Source: Octopus bimaculoides (taxonomy: Eukaryota). From it: a stretch of DNA of 64,000 nt. Position 1 is the first letter of the stretch; each line of letters starts with the position of its first letter. A program made the translations under genes and the position numbers. Below the pieces are notes generated by a model. The model did no database searches and was not told the DNA's origin. It saw only the letters and a list, made by a program, of their open reading frames with translations. Shown here piece by piece: positions 26,081 to 38,890 of this stretch. The stretch lies in assembly GCF_001194135.2 (NCBI RefSeq), contig NC_068988.1, forward strand, positions 37,912,377 to 37,976,376. The letters run 5' to 3'.

Positions 26081-26659
26081 GCTGAATAACTGTTGATAAA
26101 GACGAACCAACCCATTTGAAGTGGAGAGAACACTGAAGAAATCACTGTGTGGTTTGATAACAGAAATTCTATTCCCCACTTCATGGTTGCAGAAATCACT
26201 GCAAGCTAGCAAAAGTACTGTCTGCCTTGGTTGTTACTGTGAAAGACTTGCAATCTTCGAACTTGTAGCTGGTCAACAATCTTCAAACTTGTAGCTGAAG
26301 AAATGATTGTTTCTGACATTATGAATATTTGAATGAGAATATTCCAAGGAGACAGTCTGATTGTGCTTTTGCTTATTTCAGCATTAAATCTGCAGTCATT
26401 TCTTTTTACAAAAATCTAGTGGTTATCTGTAAGGGTTTAAAACAGCAAAAGACACCAATGTAACCCATATTATTATTTGTGGATGTTCTATACAAGGTCT
26501 ATAAATAGAAATATGATGCTGAGAAACAACTAGATTTAGTAACATTTGCTGAAATAAGGATGGAACATGTCCAAAAGTAATGAAGTAATTTGTGCACATG
26601 CATTGGTATTTCTACATTTGCATTTATCCTCTGTTAATGGAGATGACTTGTATTTCATA

Positions 26660-26878
26660 TAATGGTGGGTGTTGAAAAGTTCCTAGCTTTGAGTAAAAGA
26701 AAATACAGGAGGATCAATTAATTATGATTTTATTCGACATATTCCCTATTCTGATTCACACACTTATTGCAGTGGTCCTTCAGTTTTCTAAGTCCTGTAA
26801 AAGAACTAGGAAGACTGGGCCTCCAATCAGGCCTTTTGTAATACCCTTAAAGCCAGGAGCTTTTCAGTACCCCTTCAA
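26660..26878. mobile_element. Mariner-type MITE
   Basis: TIRs ggtgggtgttgaaaagttcctagcttt / aaagccaggagcttttcagtacccctt; homologous to 48795-49012. Confidence 0.8.
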
Positions 26879-26887
26879 ATGTGTGTG

Positions 26888-26933
<46 letters not shown>

Positions 26934-27066
26934 TGTGTGTATGTGTGTGTTTATATGTAGCATACATCCATATCTACACACACACAGAAGTGCGTGTGTA
27001 TATACATACATACATATTTATATCTATATGTATATATATATGTGTGTGTGTGTATATATATATATA

Positions 27067-27095
27067 ACAAAAGCCTGACTGCCATAAGAAGTTTA

Positions 27096-27163
<68 letters not shown>

Positions 27164-27192
27164 TAAACTTCTTATGGCTGTCAGGCTTTTGT
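27067..27192. repeat. Near-perfect 126-bp palindrome centred on (TA)n
   Basis: 32-bp arms at 27067-27098 and 27161-27192 with one mismatch. Confidence 0.9.
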
Positions 27193-27383
27193 TTTTCTAG
27201 GATATTCTCTAGGGAGCTATAATCTTGTTATTGTGAGTGGTATTTAGAAATTGTGTGTGTGTATGTGTGTGTGTTTGTGTTTGTGTGTGTCTGTGTACAT
27301 GTAAGTAAACATGATTGCATGTGCCTTTGGATTTGTTTTTACTCCGTATGAATGCTTTTGTATGCTGGCATGCATTTGTGTAG

Positions 27384-27460
<77 letters not shown>

Positions 27461-27830
27461 TGTACTTCTGCTCACATTTTGATATATGTACATGTTTAAG
27501 TGAATATGTATCAAGGTATGCATGTATGTTAGCAAGAGAGGAGGAGAGAAACAGAAGAGAGTATTTCAACCAATTTATAGTAAAAAAACACATACAAGAA
27601 CAAAAGGAAAAAAACTTGATTATTTTTTTTAGTACAGGCTGTTAGGTTCACACCAGTTACCTCTGCTGTGATATGATAATGGGGATGACAGTAACACTGC
27701 ACTTATCACAATTACTAGCACAACATATCCCCAAGTCGGCCAGCATGTCCTCCTATCTACTACCTAACAATGAGAGCTTCTACACTGTAATATTGTCCTG
27801 CTAGAAATAGCAGCCAAATTTCTTTTAAAT

Positions 27831-27956
27831 TATACCCTACAGTTATTTAAAATGAAACAAATATACCCTACAGTTATTTAAAATGAAACAAATATACCCT
27901 ACAGTTATTTAAAATGAAACAAATATACCCTACAGTTATTTAAAATGAAAACAAAT
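27831..27956. repeat. 31-bp minisatellite, 4 copies
   Basis: tataccctacagttatttaaaatgaaacaaa at 27831, 27862, 27893, 27924. Confidence 0.95.
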
Positions 27957-28145
27957 AAAACACGTTGGATAATGTTGTTCTAGATATGTTGCATTCAAAT
28001 AAAAGATGGGGAAAAAATGGAATACATTCAGCAATGTAATCTTTGCGTGGGTAGAACATATTTGATCACTGTTCTACTCAACCAGGGATGAGCATTGTCA
28101 TTATCATCATAGTCAACAACAGCAGCAAAAACAAAAACATCAATA

Positions 28146-28455
28146 AGCCTTGTGAGTGGATTTGGTATTTGGAAACTGAAAGAAGCCTGTCATATATATA
28201 AATATGTGTGTGTGTGTGTATTTATGTGAGTGTGTCTTTGTGTCTGTTTGTCCCCTCACCATTGTTTGACAACCAATGCTGGTGTGCTTACATCCCTATA
28301 ACTTAGCAGTTTGACAAAAGAGACCAATAGAATAAGTACTAGGCTTACAAAGAATAAGTACAGGGGTTGATTTCTTCGACTAAAAAAAACTGTTCAAGGT
28401 GGTGCTCCAGTATGGCCACAGTCAAATGACTGAAACAAGTAAAAGTAAAAGTAGA
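28146..28455 (+). mobile_element. SINE family A, 5'-truncated
   Basis: Body and gtaaaagtaaaag tail. Confidence 0.85.
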
Positions 28456-28644
28456 GCAATGAAAAGAAAAGTGATCCCTGACAAGATTTGAACTCAGATC
28501 TAAGAAGAACAATCTAAACTCTGTACCAATAGAAGCTCTACCATGGTCTTAAGATGAATAAGGACTGTGGGTTAAATTGCATATTTTTCTCTCTTTGCCA
28601 AATAAATAAATAAATAAATAAATATATAAATAAATAAATAAATA

Positions 28645-28820
28645 GGCGCAGGAGTGGCTGTGTGGTAAGAAGCTTGCTTCGCAACCACATGGTTCTGGGT
28701 TCAGTTCCACTGTGTGGCACCTTGGCTAAGTGTCTTCTGCTATAGCCTCAGGCTGACCGAAGCCTTGTAAGTAGGTTTGGTAGACAGAAACTGAAAGAAG
28801 TCCATCATATATATGTATAT
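28645..28820 (+). mobile_element. SINE family A 5' half
   Basis: ggcgcaggagtggctgtgtggtaag head after (TAAA)n. Confidence 0.85.
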
Positions 28821-28821
28821 A

Positions 28822-29020
28822 TTTTCGCCATGATAGATCGCTAGCCACTACACATTCTTTATTTTCTCTCCTTGTTTCTTTCTGTGGAAGAGTGTAGGCT
28901 CAAAACGTTAAAGACTTTTTCACTTCCCGAGCGTTAAACTAATACATCTGTTTGTTGCCTATACCATCTGCCTTCCTCTTTTGTTTTTTTTTTTGTGAAT
29001 TCTCTCCCTATATATATATA
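28822..29020 (+). mobile_element. Penelope-like pLTR-type repeat with minimal hammerhead topology (copy 2)
   Basis: tcttt-ctgtgga-a-gagt-gtag-gctc-aaaac-gtt-aaaga at 28877-28914. Confidence 0.55.
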
Positions 29021-29196
29021 GATTCAGATGAATATGGTACTTAAGTTTAGGCACTAGAATTTAGCATGGTATTATCCATACAGTTTCAAATAAGGGGATT
29101 AAAATCAAAATAAGAAACAAGGATATCCAGAGGTAATGCAGTACGATCGTTTCATGCGACTCCATTTAATTGAACTATGTAAACATTACATATTTT

Positions 29197-29293
29197 TATA
29201 ATTAAATCTAAACTCTCCAAGTAGAAAGGAGGAATACAAAAAACTATTTTTTGTATTCCTCTTTTCTACTTGGAGAGTTTAGATTTAATTATA
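29197..29293. repeat. 47-bp-stem hairpin with a 3-nt loop
   Basis: 29197-29243 pairs with 29247-29293, one G:T mismatch. Confidence 0.95.
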
Positions 29294-29299
29294 AATATA

Positions 29300-29631
29300 T
29301 GGGATCTTTTTTAAAACGGGGGCCACATTTTTCATTAACGAAACACTTTGAAACTTGGAACACTGGTAGAATGTGTCATATAAAACATCTTTTTCTCTTA
29401 GTCTTCTTAAAAAAAACAGAAATCATTAAGTTATTCCATGTTAAAGTTGTTGTATTTCTGTAATTTCAACCAATCACTGACGTCCATTCAGCCGATATAC
29501 ATTAAGTGCCGACTACATAAACAAACGATTCTGAAACAATTCTATCGGTGATAGGGTTAGGGTTAGGGTTAGGGTAAAACAGCAAATTTAAAAAGAAAAA
29601 AGCAAATAAAACGAAGAAAAAAAAAGAAAAT
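29300..29631. mobile_element. Unclassified interspersed element carrying an internal (TTAGGG)n tract
   Basis: tagggttagggttagggttagggt at 29552-29575 within otherwise complex sequence; cut by a gap. Confidence 0.4.
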
Positions 29632-30095
29632 NNNNNNNNNNNNNNNNNNNNNNNNNNNNNNNNNNNNNNNNNNNNNNNNNNNNNNNNNNNNNNNNNNNNN
29701 NNNNNNNNNNNNNNNNNNNNNNNNNNNNNNNNNNNNNNNNNNNNNNNNNNNNNNNNNNNNNNNNNNNNNNNNNNNNNNNNNNNNNNNNNNNNNNNNNNNN
29801 NNNNNNNNNNNNNNNNNNNNNNNNNNNNNNNNNNNNNNNNNNNNNNNNNNNNNNNNNNNNNNNNNNNNNNNNNNNNNNNNNNNNNNNNNNNNNNNNNNNN
29901 NNNNNNNNNNNNNNNNNNNNNNNNNNNNNNNNNNNNNNNNNNNNNNNNNNNNNNNNNNNNNNNNNNNNNNNNNNNNNNNNNNNNNNNNNNNNNNNNNNNN
30001 NNNNNNNNNNNNNNNNNNNNNNNNNNNNNNNNNNNNNNNNNNNNNNNNNNNNNNNNNNNNNNNNNNNNNNNNNNNNNNNNNNNNNNNNNNNNNNN

Positions 30096-30151
<56 letters not shown>

Positions 30152-30464
30152 CCTATATATATATATATACACACCACACATATATATATATTGTGTGATA
30201 GTGTCTGTGTTTGTGCCCCCACCATCGCTTGACAACAGATACTGATGCGTTTATGTCCATGTAACTTAGTGGTTCAGCAAAAGATTCTGATAGAATAAGT
30301 AGAATAAGTACGAGGTTTACTATGAATAAATCCTGAGGTGGTACTCTAGTATGGCCACAGTCAAATGACTGAAACAAGTAAATAAACAAATAATTAAGAT
30401 TGCTCTGATTAGCTGCAAAAAATAATTTCAAATATCAAGTTGATTTGCCATTTTCTGGTTACAG

Positions 30465-30514
<50 letters not shown>

Positions 30515-32699
30515 GGGGGAGAGAGGGAGAGAGGGAGGGAGAGAGAGAGAGAGAGAGAGAGTGAGAGAGAGAGAGAGTGAGAGAGAGAACCAGCTGGTTT
30601 AAACATAATATTTACTTTTTTCTTTATGGTGAAGCTTGAAATGTGTTTATTAAGAAGACACACCTGTAAATTTACCTGTGTATGGTGTTTAGTCCATAGT
30701 TCTCTGTCATTTTTAATACTCCACCACTACAAGTTAAATAATATTGATTTCTGAATCTTGACACAAAGCTACAAATTTTTGAGGGAGGTTGGTGAATGGA
30801 TGGGTGGATTGGTGTGTTGGGGGGACATGTTGATTTAATTTCTCTAACCCTCCACCTCACCCCCACTGCAGCACTTGACAGGGTATTTAGTTTATCAGTC
30901 CCGGTGAAATGAAATGAAAAAGCAGCATTTTGGTACAACAGAACAGGAAAGGATTTACCTGAATACTTCAAGGCATTTTGTTTAGTGCTTCATTGATTCT
31001 GTTATCTAACTCTACCAGCTCTATTATCTATATCAGCAATGCCAAATCCACTGCCACCACCACCACCACCACCACCTCTACCACAGCATGCCAAAAGACA
31101 GGATGGTTGCACACACAATGCTTTTTTGAATCATTGGTCAGCTTCATCAAAGGTGATTTGGTGAGTGTAGTGGGGATAGTGATAGTAGTGGTGATGGTGG
31201 TGGTATTGGCTAAACGATAACAGTAACAACAGCAACAACAACAACAACAGTAAGCGCCACTTACTATTATGAAATTAGAACACTGAACAGTATAGCATAA
31301 TCCATATGCTAAATGCAAAAGTGATTGTCAAGGTAGNNNNNNNNNNNNNNNNNNNNNNNNNNTATGTCACCAATATGGCTGCAAGTTTCTCGACATTAGT
31401 ATTGGCTACTATTATCAGCAAATCTGCACAGTCTTCCTATCTGCAAGCAATAGCAGCCAAATTTCCCTCGGATCACAAGCTATTATCTTAAATATGGCAA
31501 GGACACATAAAACAGTGATGTCTTACGACCCCACCTCTCTGCTACCATCACCACCACCACCACCACCACCACCACCTCTACCACAGCATGCCAAAAGACA
31601 GGATGGTTGCACACACAATGCTTTTTTGAATCATTGGTCAGCTTCATCAAAGGTGATTTGGTGAGTGTAGTGGGGATAGTGATAGTAGTGGTGATGGTGG
31701 TGGTATTGGCTAAACGATAACAGTAACAACAGCAACAACAACAACAACAGTAAGCGCCACTTACTATTATGAAATTAGAACACTGAACAGTATAGCATAA
31801 TCCATATGCTAAATGCAAAAGTGATTGTCAAGGTAGTAACATAGATGTAACTTTATAGGGTGGTATAGCTTCAATTATCAATGATTTAATAATACATTCC
31901 AAACAGCTGGCACACTCTCGTGGGTTGATTTATATCAGTTACCAGCTGTTGGTTTATATTATAAAAAGGTATCTTTCTAGGTGGTATAAAATATGGTTTA
32001 AAATATAGGTGGAGAAACCATCAGCTTTATGGTCATGTACTGTTTTTTTTTTTAAGCATTCATGTGAGGTTTACTAGGAGAAGCCTTGCATGTCTTTAAA
32101 AGAATCATTAGCAAATTATAAAACATCATTACTGAGTCTGTGTTGTTTCTTATCAATGACTGATATTACATTCTCCTTTGTTATGTTGTAATAGCATTAC
32201 AGCTATTCACAACTCCTTATATATATAAGAAGACCCGTACTCCACAGCAGAAGTGTTAAAACCAGTCTGTCTGGTGGCGGAAAGCACTCATGGCAGTGCC
32301 ACGTAAAAGCACCCATGCAGTGCCATGTAAAAGTGCTTGTGCGGTGCCATGTTAAAAGCATCCAGCACACTCTGCAAAGTGGTTGGCATTAGGAAGGGTA
32401 TCCAACCATAGAAATCATGCCAAATCAGACTGGGGTCTAGTGCAGCTCCTCAGCTTGCTAGCTCTGGTCAAACCATTCAACCCATGCCAGCATGTGTGTG
32501 TTTGTGGAAAGCCTTAGACTTAGAAAAGGAGTACAAACAAAACTATATGACCGTATCAGTATACTTCTGTTGGTCAACTTTAACTCTCCAACATCAAATA
32601 ACCTGAAGGCATCATAATCTCAGCAATGTCATGCCACAAACAAAATCAAGAAAAATCTTTTCCTGATCTCACTAAAATGATACAAACAAAACAATTAAA

Positions 32700-33060
32700 T
32701 CGAAGATGAAAAAGGCAGGTAATGGGTGTATATGCTATATTTTGGGAGTTTAACTAAAATGATAGTCATGAAACAAATAATGCTGTTCCTGGCCAGAAAC
32801 AACATCTTAGACCTCTGCTTCACTAATAATGTGGAACATATTCGCTATGTAAAGGTGGCATCAATGATTTTCTTAGGCCACAACATATCCGTACTAATAA
32901 TATGTGGTCTGAAGAAAATCAAACATGTATATTACACAGAAAGACTCAAATCATATCTAGCCTGAACTTTTACAAGGCTGACTGGAAGTCAATTAAAAAT
33001 GAAATCCTTAAATGGAATTAGCCCCGAAGTTGCTCTATGTAAGACATTGACATGAAACTC
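32700..33060 (+). mobile_element. CR1-like APE endonuclease C-terminal remnant
   Basis: ARNNILDLCFTNN..GHNI resembles the PTRG.NILDL..TN..SDHN motif. Confidence 0.6.
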
Positions 33061-34405
33061 AAAGAATTTATGCAAATCCTGCATGCCATATGCATTTATT
33101 TTATCCATGAGGGAAGAGCCAATGCACACACATACACACACACACATGCACATGCACACTCACACATGCACACAATAGGCTTCTTTCAATTTCTGTCTAT
33201 AATATCCACTCAGAAGGCTTTGGTTGGCCCAGGGCTGTACTGCAGTAGAAGACACTTGCACATGTTGAAATGCAGTGGGACTTCTGGGTGGGATTGAACC
33301 TGGATCCATATGACTGTAAAGCAAGCTTTGTAATATCTGTTCCCATAAACAGTGTACATAATATTTGTACATATATAACTAACACATAAGTAACATATAT
33401 GTAAACATATATGTATGTGTGTGCGTGGAGAGTATATGTATGTGAATGTGTGCATAATGTATATAAGGATAGGGGTATCTGAGTGTGTTTATGAGTGTGT
33501 GTCTGTGTGTGTATATCCATGCATATAGTGTGTGTGAATATGAGTATGTGAGTGCATGTTCTAATTCGCAAATGATACTTTGTACACTGTCTGACACCAT
33601 TGTTAGTAATAACATCAAAAAAATACAAACAACAGCCAGAACTAAAGATAACAAAAGGTAATCTAATTTACATTCTCTTATGCCCATATGACATTTGCCA
33701 CTGTCATTATGTTATTCTTCCTGGGTGGAGAACTTTCTACGTGTTTCAACAATGCAGAAGGATGTAATTTCAGACAGAAAACATCATAACAATTTAAAAA
33801 ATTATAACATTTAATACCAAAGTCAAACAATGAAAAATAAAAGAATAATAAAAGAAAACATAAAGGAAAATAGAACAAAGCAATTATATATTTTCCAAGA
33901 ATATTCCTCTTCCATAGACATGGCCTTTAGATCATTCAGACTTTTAGGAACCTTTACCAGAACACACACACACACAATGATACATTTGGAAGATTTGGTG
34001 TTATTGTTATTTGGCTTCAGGTCAAACTTGAGTAAGCAGTCTAATGATCAAAGATGTTCTAGCCATGTCCACCATCATTATTATTATTTAACATTTGTTT
34101 TCCACACTAGCTAGGTGTGATGGTTTGATAGGAGCTGGTGAGCCGGAGGTCTGTGCCACATTCTACTGTCTGCTTTGGCATGGTTTCTATGACTCAATAC
34201 CCTTCTAATGCTAAATGTTGTACAGAGTGTGCTGGGTGCTTTTTTTATGTGGCACCAGTACCAGTGAGGTTACTGAGTAACTTGCAGGACAAAACCTCCT
34301 CAAATAAGAGGAGAAGTAGTAATGAGTGAGGGAGATGGCTTTGTGCTGAGTGATGAGAGATTCACTGGCTATTTTTGATCACTGAGTTGTCTCCCTGGCC
34401 TTCAA

Positions 34406-34711
34406 TTACCCAGTCACGCATTCAGTTGTATCACTGTTAACTTCAGTAACTGATTTCTCTGTTAGCTCTTCTTGAAATGTGCCATCTCCCTCCCTTACAC
34501 TCTCTTCATTCAACAACCTCCTGAAGTTGCATTTCAATACCTCTTTCTTTCTGATGTCAATCAGGGCAAATACATCCCTGTCATTCTGCACATACTCCTC
34601 TTGATTCTCTCTTTGCAATTCAGAATGCCTCACATCTCTCATGTTCACATCACAGAAAATATGCAAACCTTTTCTTGCTTCTCCCTTCACTAAGTATACA
34701 TGCTGTCTCAT
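34406..34711 (-). mobile_element. RTE pre-RT linker remnant
   Basis: RQHVYLVKGEA..KKEVLKCNFRRLLNEE resembles the RTE linker. Confidence 0.6.
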
Positions 34712-35029
34712 TTCTCTTTCAACAATCTAAAGTTATTCATTCATATAAGGCAGTGAGCTGGTAGAATTGTTAGCACACTGGGGAAAAATGCTTAGCAGCA
34801 CTTCATCCATTTTTACATTCTGAGTTCAAATTCTGCCAAGGTCGACTTCACTTTTCATCCTTTTGTCTACCAATTTCACCCAAATATATATAAATGCAAT
34901 TTTAAATTACTAAAGTAATGAATTCATTTATTCATAAAATAATTGGACAAAACTGTTTGTCTTTGTTGTATAATGTGGTGCTGATGATAAAAATCAGATG
35001 CTGAACAAATAAATAAATGAATAAATAAG

Positions 35030-35226
35030 TAAAAAGTATTTGTTTCAGTCATTAGACTGCGGCCATGCTGGGGCACTGATGAATTTTTAGGTGAATGAAT
35101 TGACTCCAGTACTTATTTTTTTAAAGCCTGGTACTTATTTGCTGAACTGATAAATTATGGGGACGTAAACAAAACAACACCGGTTGTCAAGCAGTGTTGG
35201 GGGACAAACACTCACACACATACATG

Positions 35227-35288
<62 letters not shown>
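35030..35288 (-). mobile_element. SINE family A 3' half
   Basis: tgtttcagtcattagactgcggccatgctgggg..caccggttgtcaagc. Confidence 0.85.
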
Positions 35289-36087
35289 NNNNNNNNNNNN
35301 NNNNNNNNNNNNNNNNNNNNNNNNNNNNNNNNNNNNNNNNNNNNNNNNNNNNNNNNNNNNNNNNNNNNNNNNNNNNNNNNNNNNNNNNNNNNNNNNNNNN
35401 NNNNNNNNNNNNNNNNNNNNNNNNNNNNNNNNNNNNNNNNNNNNNNNNNNNNNNNNNNNNNNNNNNNNNNNNNNNNNNNNNNNNNNNNNNNNNNNNNNNN
35501 NNNNNNNNNNNNNNNNNNNNNNNNNNNNNNNNNNNNNNNNNNNNNNNNNNNNNNNNNNNNNNNNNNNNNNNNNNNNNNNNNNNNNNNNNNNNNNNNNNNN
35601 NNNNNNNNNNNNNNNNNNNNNNNNNNNNNNNNNNNNNNNNNNNNNNNNNNNNTATATATATCAATGATATACATGTGGTTACAGTTTGAAATGACCGGGT
35701 GAAGAAAAAGCTTTTTCTACAACAGGAGAGCGCAAAAGCAGGAGATATATGTGTATATGTGTGGTATGTGCGTGCGTGCAGGTCTGTGTGTGTGTGTAAT
35801 AATGGCACGTGTATGTGTGTGTGGGTTTAGCTGTTTATACGTGTGTGTGTGTGCATGTTTTGTGTGCAGTTTGTACCTGTGTCTGTGTGTATGTGTACAT
35901 TCATGTGCACATGTGTGTATGTGGTGTGTGTATGTGTGTGTGTATGTATATATTGCGTGTGTATGTGTGTGTGTATGTATGTATGTGTGTGTATGTGAGT
36001 TTGTGTATGCGTGTGCATGGGGTTGTGTGTGGGGGTATATGTGCATTCCTGTGTGTGTGTACGTGCATGTGCTTATATATATATATT

Positions 36088-37245
36088 TAGTCAGTTTAGA
36101 TGAGATGCAGTTTGGGTTCATTCCAGGAAAAAGCTCCACTGATGCTATATTTCTGGTAAGACAGCTGCAGGAGAAATATCTAGCCAAAGATAAACCTCAG
36201 TACCTGGCTTTCGTTGACATAGAGAAAGCCTTTGACAGGGTTCCTCTCTCCCTTATCTGGTGGCCAATGAGGAAACTAGGGATAGATGAATAGTTAGTGA
36301 GAGCTGTGCAAGCCATGTACAGGGACACTGTCAGTTAGGTGAGGGTTGGCAACGAGTACAGTGAAGAATTCATGGTAGAGGTTGGGGTCCACCAAGGTTC
36401 AGTCCTCAGCTCCCTCCTATCTATCATAGTCCTCCAGGCGATAACAGAGGAATTCAAGACAGGATGCCCCTAGGAGCTCCTCTATGCTGATGACCTTGCA
36501 CTAATTGCTGAGTCACTATCAGAACTAAAGGAGAAGTTTCAGGTGTGGAAGCAAGGACTAGAATCGAAGGGCCTTAGAGTCAACCTAGCTAAAACCAAAG
36601 TCCTAATAAGTAGGAAGGTAGACAAAACACAAACCCTTTCAGGTAGATGGCCCTGCTCGATCTATAGAAAAGGCGTAGGTAGAAACTCCATAAATGTACC
36701 CAGTGTAAGCTATGGACATATAAGAGGTGCAGCAATATCAAAGGAAGGCTAACTAGGAAGTTAGTTTTTGTATGTGGCAGATTCTCAGGAGCAATAAACA
36801 CTGAAAATGTGCAGAAAACAACCTTTGNNNNNNNNNNCGTAGGTAGAAACTCCATAAATGTACCCAGTGTAAGCTATGGACATATAAGAGGTGCAGCAAT
36901 ATCAAAGGAAGGCTAACTAGGAAGTTAGTTTTTGTATGTGGCAGATTCTCAGGAGCAATAAACACTGAAAATGTGCAGAAAACAACCTTTGCCACACTCC
37001 AGGGAGAAAAACTAGAAGTAGTTGATAGCTTCCGCTACCTAGGTGACCAAGTTTGTAGCGGAGGAGGGTGCACTGAAAGTGTAGCTGCTAGAATAAGAAT
37101 AGCCTGGGCAAAGTTTAGAGAGCTTTTACCTCTGCTGGTGACAAAGGGCCTCTCACTCAGTAAAAGGCAGACTGTATGACGCATGTGTATGAACAGCCAT
37201 GCTACATGGCAGTGACACATGGGCTGTGACTGCTGAGGACATGCA
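36088..37245 (+). pseudogene. RTE-clade LINE reverse transcriptase, inactivated
   Basis: QFGF, AFVDIEKAFDRVP, GVHQGSVLS, LLYADDL (36483-36494), FRYLGD, RIRIAWAKFRELLP; in-frame stops such as TAG at 36291. Confidence 0.95.
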
Positions 37246-38544
37246 GTTCAGCAAAAGAGACTGATAGAATAAGTACTAGGCTTAAAAAAATAAGTCCTGA
37301 GTTTGATTTGTTTGTTTGAGAAAAGAACACTCTTTGAGGTGGTGCTTCAGCATAACCACAGTCAAATGACTGAAACAAGTAAAAGAGTAAAAGAGTAAAG
37401 AGTTATAATTCTGCCAGTTCTTTGCATTCAATGTCTGCATAAAATAATAAATCATATATTTTAAAGTCAGTTGTGTGTGTATGCATGTGCATGTGTGTGT
37501 GTGCATGCATGTGTGTGTGCATGTGTGTGTGTCCATGTGTATTTGCTAAGTGGACTATGGAAAAAGGTAGCAAGACAGAGAGAGATAGAGATAGACTGCG
37601 AATAAAAGAGAGAGAAAGGGTAAGTGTCACAATGAAAGAAGAGCTCTGGAGAACAAAGAGAACAAGTCATAGCAGATTGTTGTAAAGCCCTTTTGACACC
37701 AATCCACCAGAGACTGCCCTTAGTTCTACCATACAGATTTCCTGTTTAAAGTGATCTAAATTAAAACTTTCCATTAAAATTTCATGTTAATTTATGCATC
37801 AAACACCATATTAATAACGGCAAAGTTATTTTATTAAATTCCTCATTATTTTCAAAATTAAATGTAACAGTTGCAGTATATTTTAACTGAAATATGGTAA
37901 CAAAAGGATTTTAAAAGGTGTTGAAATTGTTTTAGATTGATTAGTGTAACACCAGACCAGCAGGATGAGAAAGGCAGTTTCTATTAATTTTTGATGAGAT
38001 TTTTCAATGCTGACACCAAAAATTAAAAACAGAAAAATGGAAAATAATTTCTACAACTGTTAGTTTATTTTGGTGTCAGATTACAATTGTTCACTGATTT
38101 TGTATATCATTAAACAAAAACCATTCTAAGACATCAAGTTTTAAATATCGTCAGGGAAGTAAAACAAAGTTAACCCTTTTCCTGTCCAAAGCATTTTCAT
38201 AAGTTTATCCTAAACATCCATACTTGTCTCTAGACTTTCAGTTAGCTGTTGTGTCATACGTTCTGAGTAATATAAAGCTTTCTTTCATAAGTCTCAAATT
38301 ACTATAGTGGCTGAAAAAAATTGGGAATGTGCATCATACATGATGTATGCATGCCAGGGAAATGCACTCTGTGCATCATATATGATACACAGGACAAGCA
38401 AAGGATTAAAATTGAACAGAGTGAATGATAACCTCTAAATTTCATGGCAAATACAACATTTCTCTTCCATATTTCTTTTAGTCTTATTTATATTCTGCAC
38501 ATCATTAGTGATATTTCACATGTAGGCCTCACTCTTAATATTGT

Positions 38545-38890
38545 TTATCTTTTACTTGTGTCAGTCATTAGATTGTGGCCATGCTGGGGCAACTTTTTTT
38601 TTTTAAAAGTTGGATACTTATTTTATTGCTCTCTTTTTCTGAACTGCTAAGTTTCAGTGATATAGACAAATCCGCATTGGTTGTCAAGCAGTGGTGGTGA
38701 AGCAAATACAAACAGAGAGTCTCTCACACACACACACATACACAATGAGCTTCTTTCGGTTTCCATCTACCAAATCCACTTTCAAGGCTTTGGTCAGCCA
38801 AGCACAAGTATAAGTAGATGACAAAGCCCAGGAAGCCATGCAGTGGGAGTGAACTCAAGACCACATGATTGGGAAGCAAGCTTTTTAACC
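38545..38890 (-). mobile_element. SINE family A, near full length, diverged
   Basis: Reverse complement of the family A body. Confidence 0.8.

Noticed and set aside
27831-27956. Regular short repeats as a CRISPR-like array
   Set aside because: Units are contiguous with no unique spacers; eukaryotic minisatellite.
29552-29575. True chromosome end
   Set aside because: Only about four units, flanked by complex sequence on both sides.
31054-31836. Apparently exact duplication of about 283 bp (31054-31336 and 31551-31836), giving twin ORFs
   Set aside because: The first copy ends at an N-gap and the copies look identical; most likely a scaffolding or gap-fill artefact.
36674-36991. 154-bp direct repeat inside the RTE
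   Set aside because: Identical copies abut a 10-N gap; overlap artefact.
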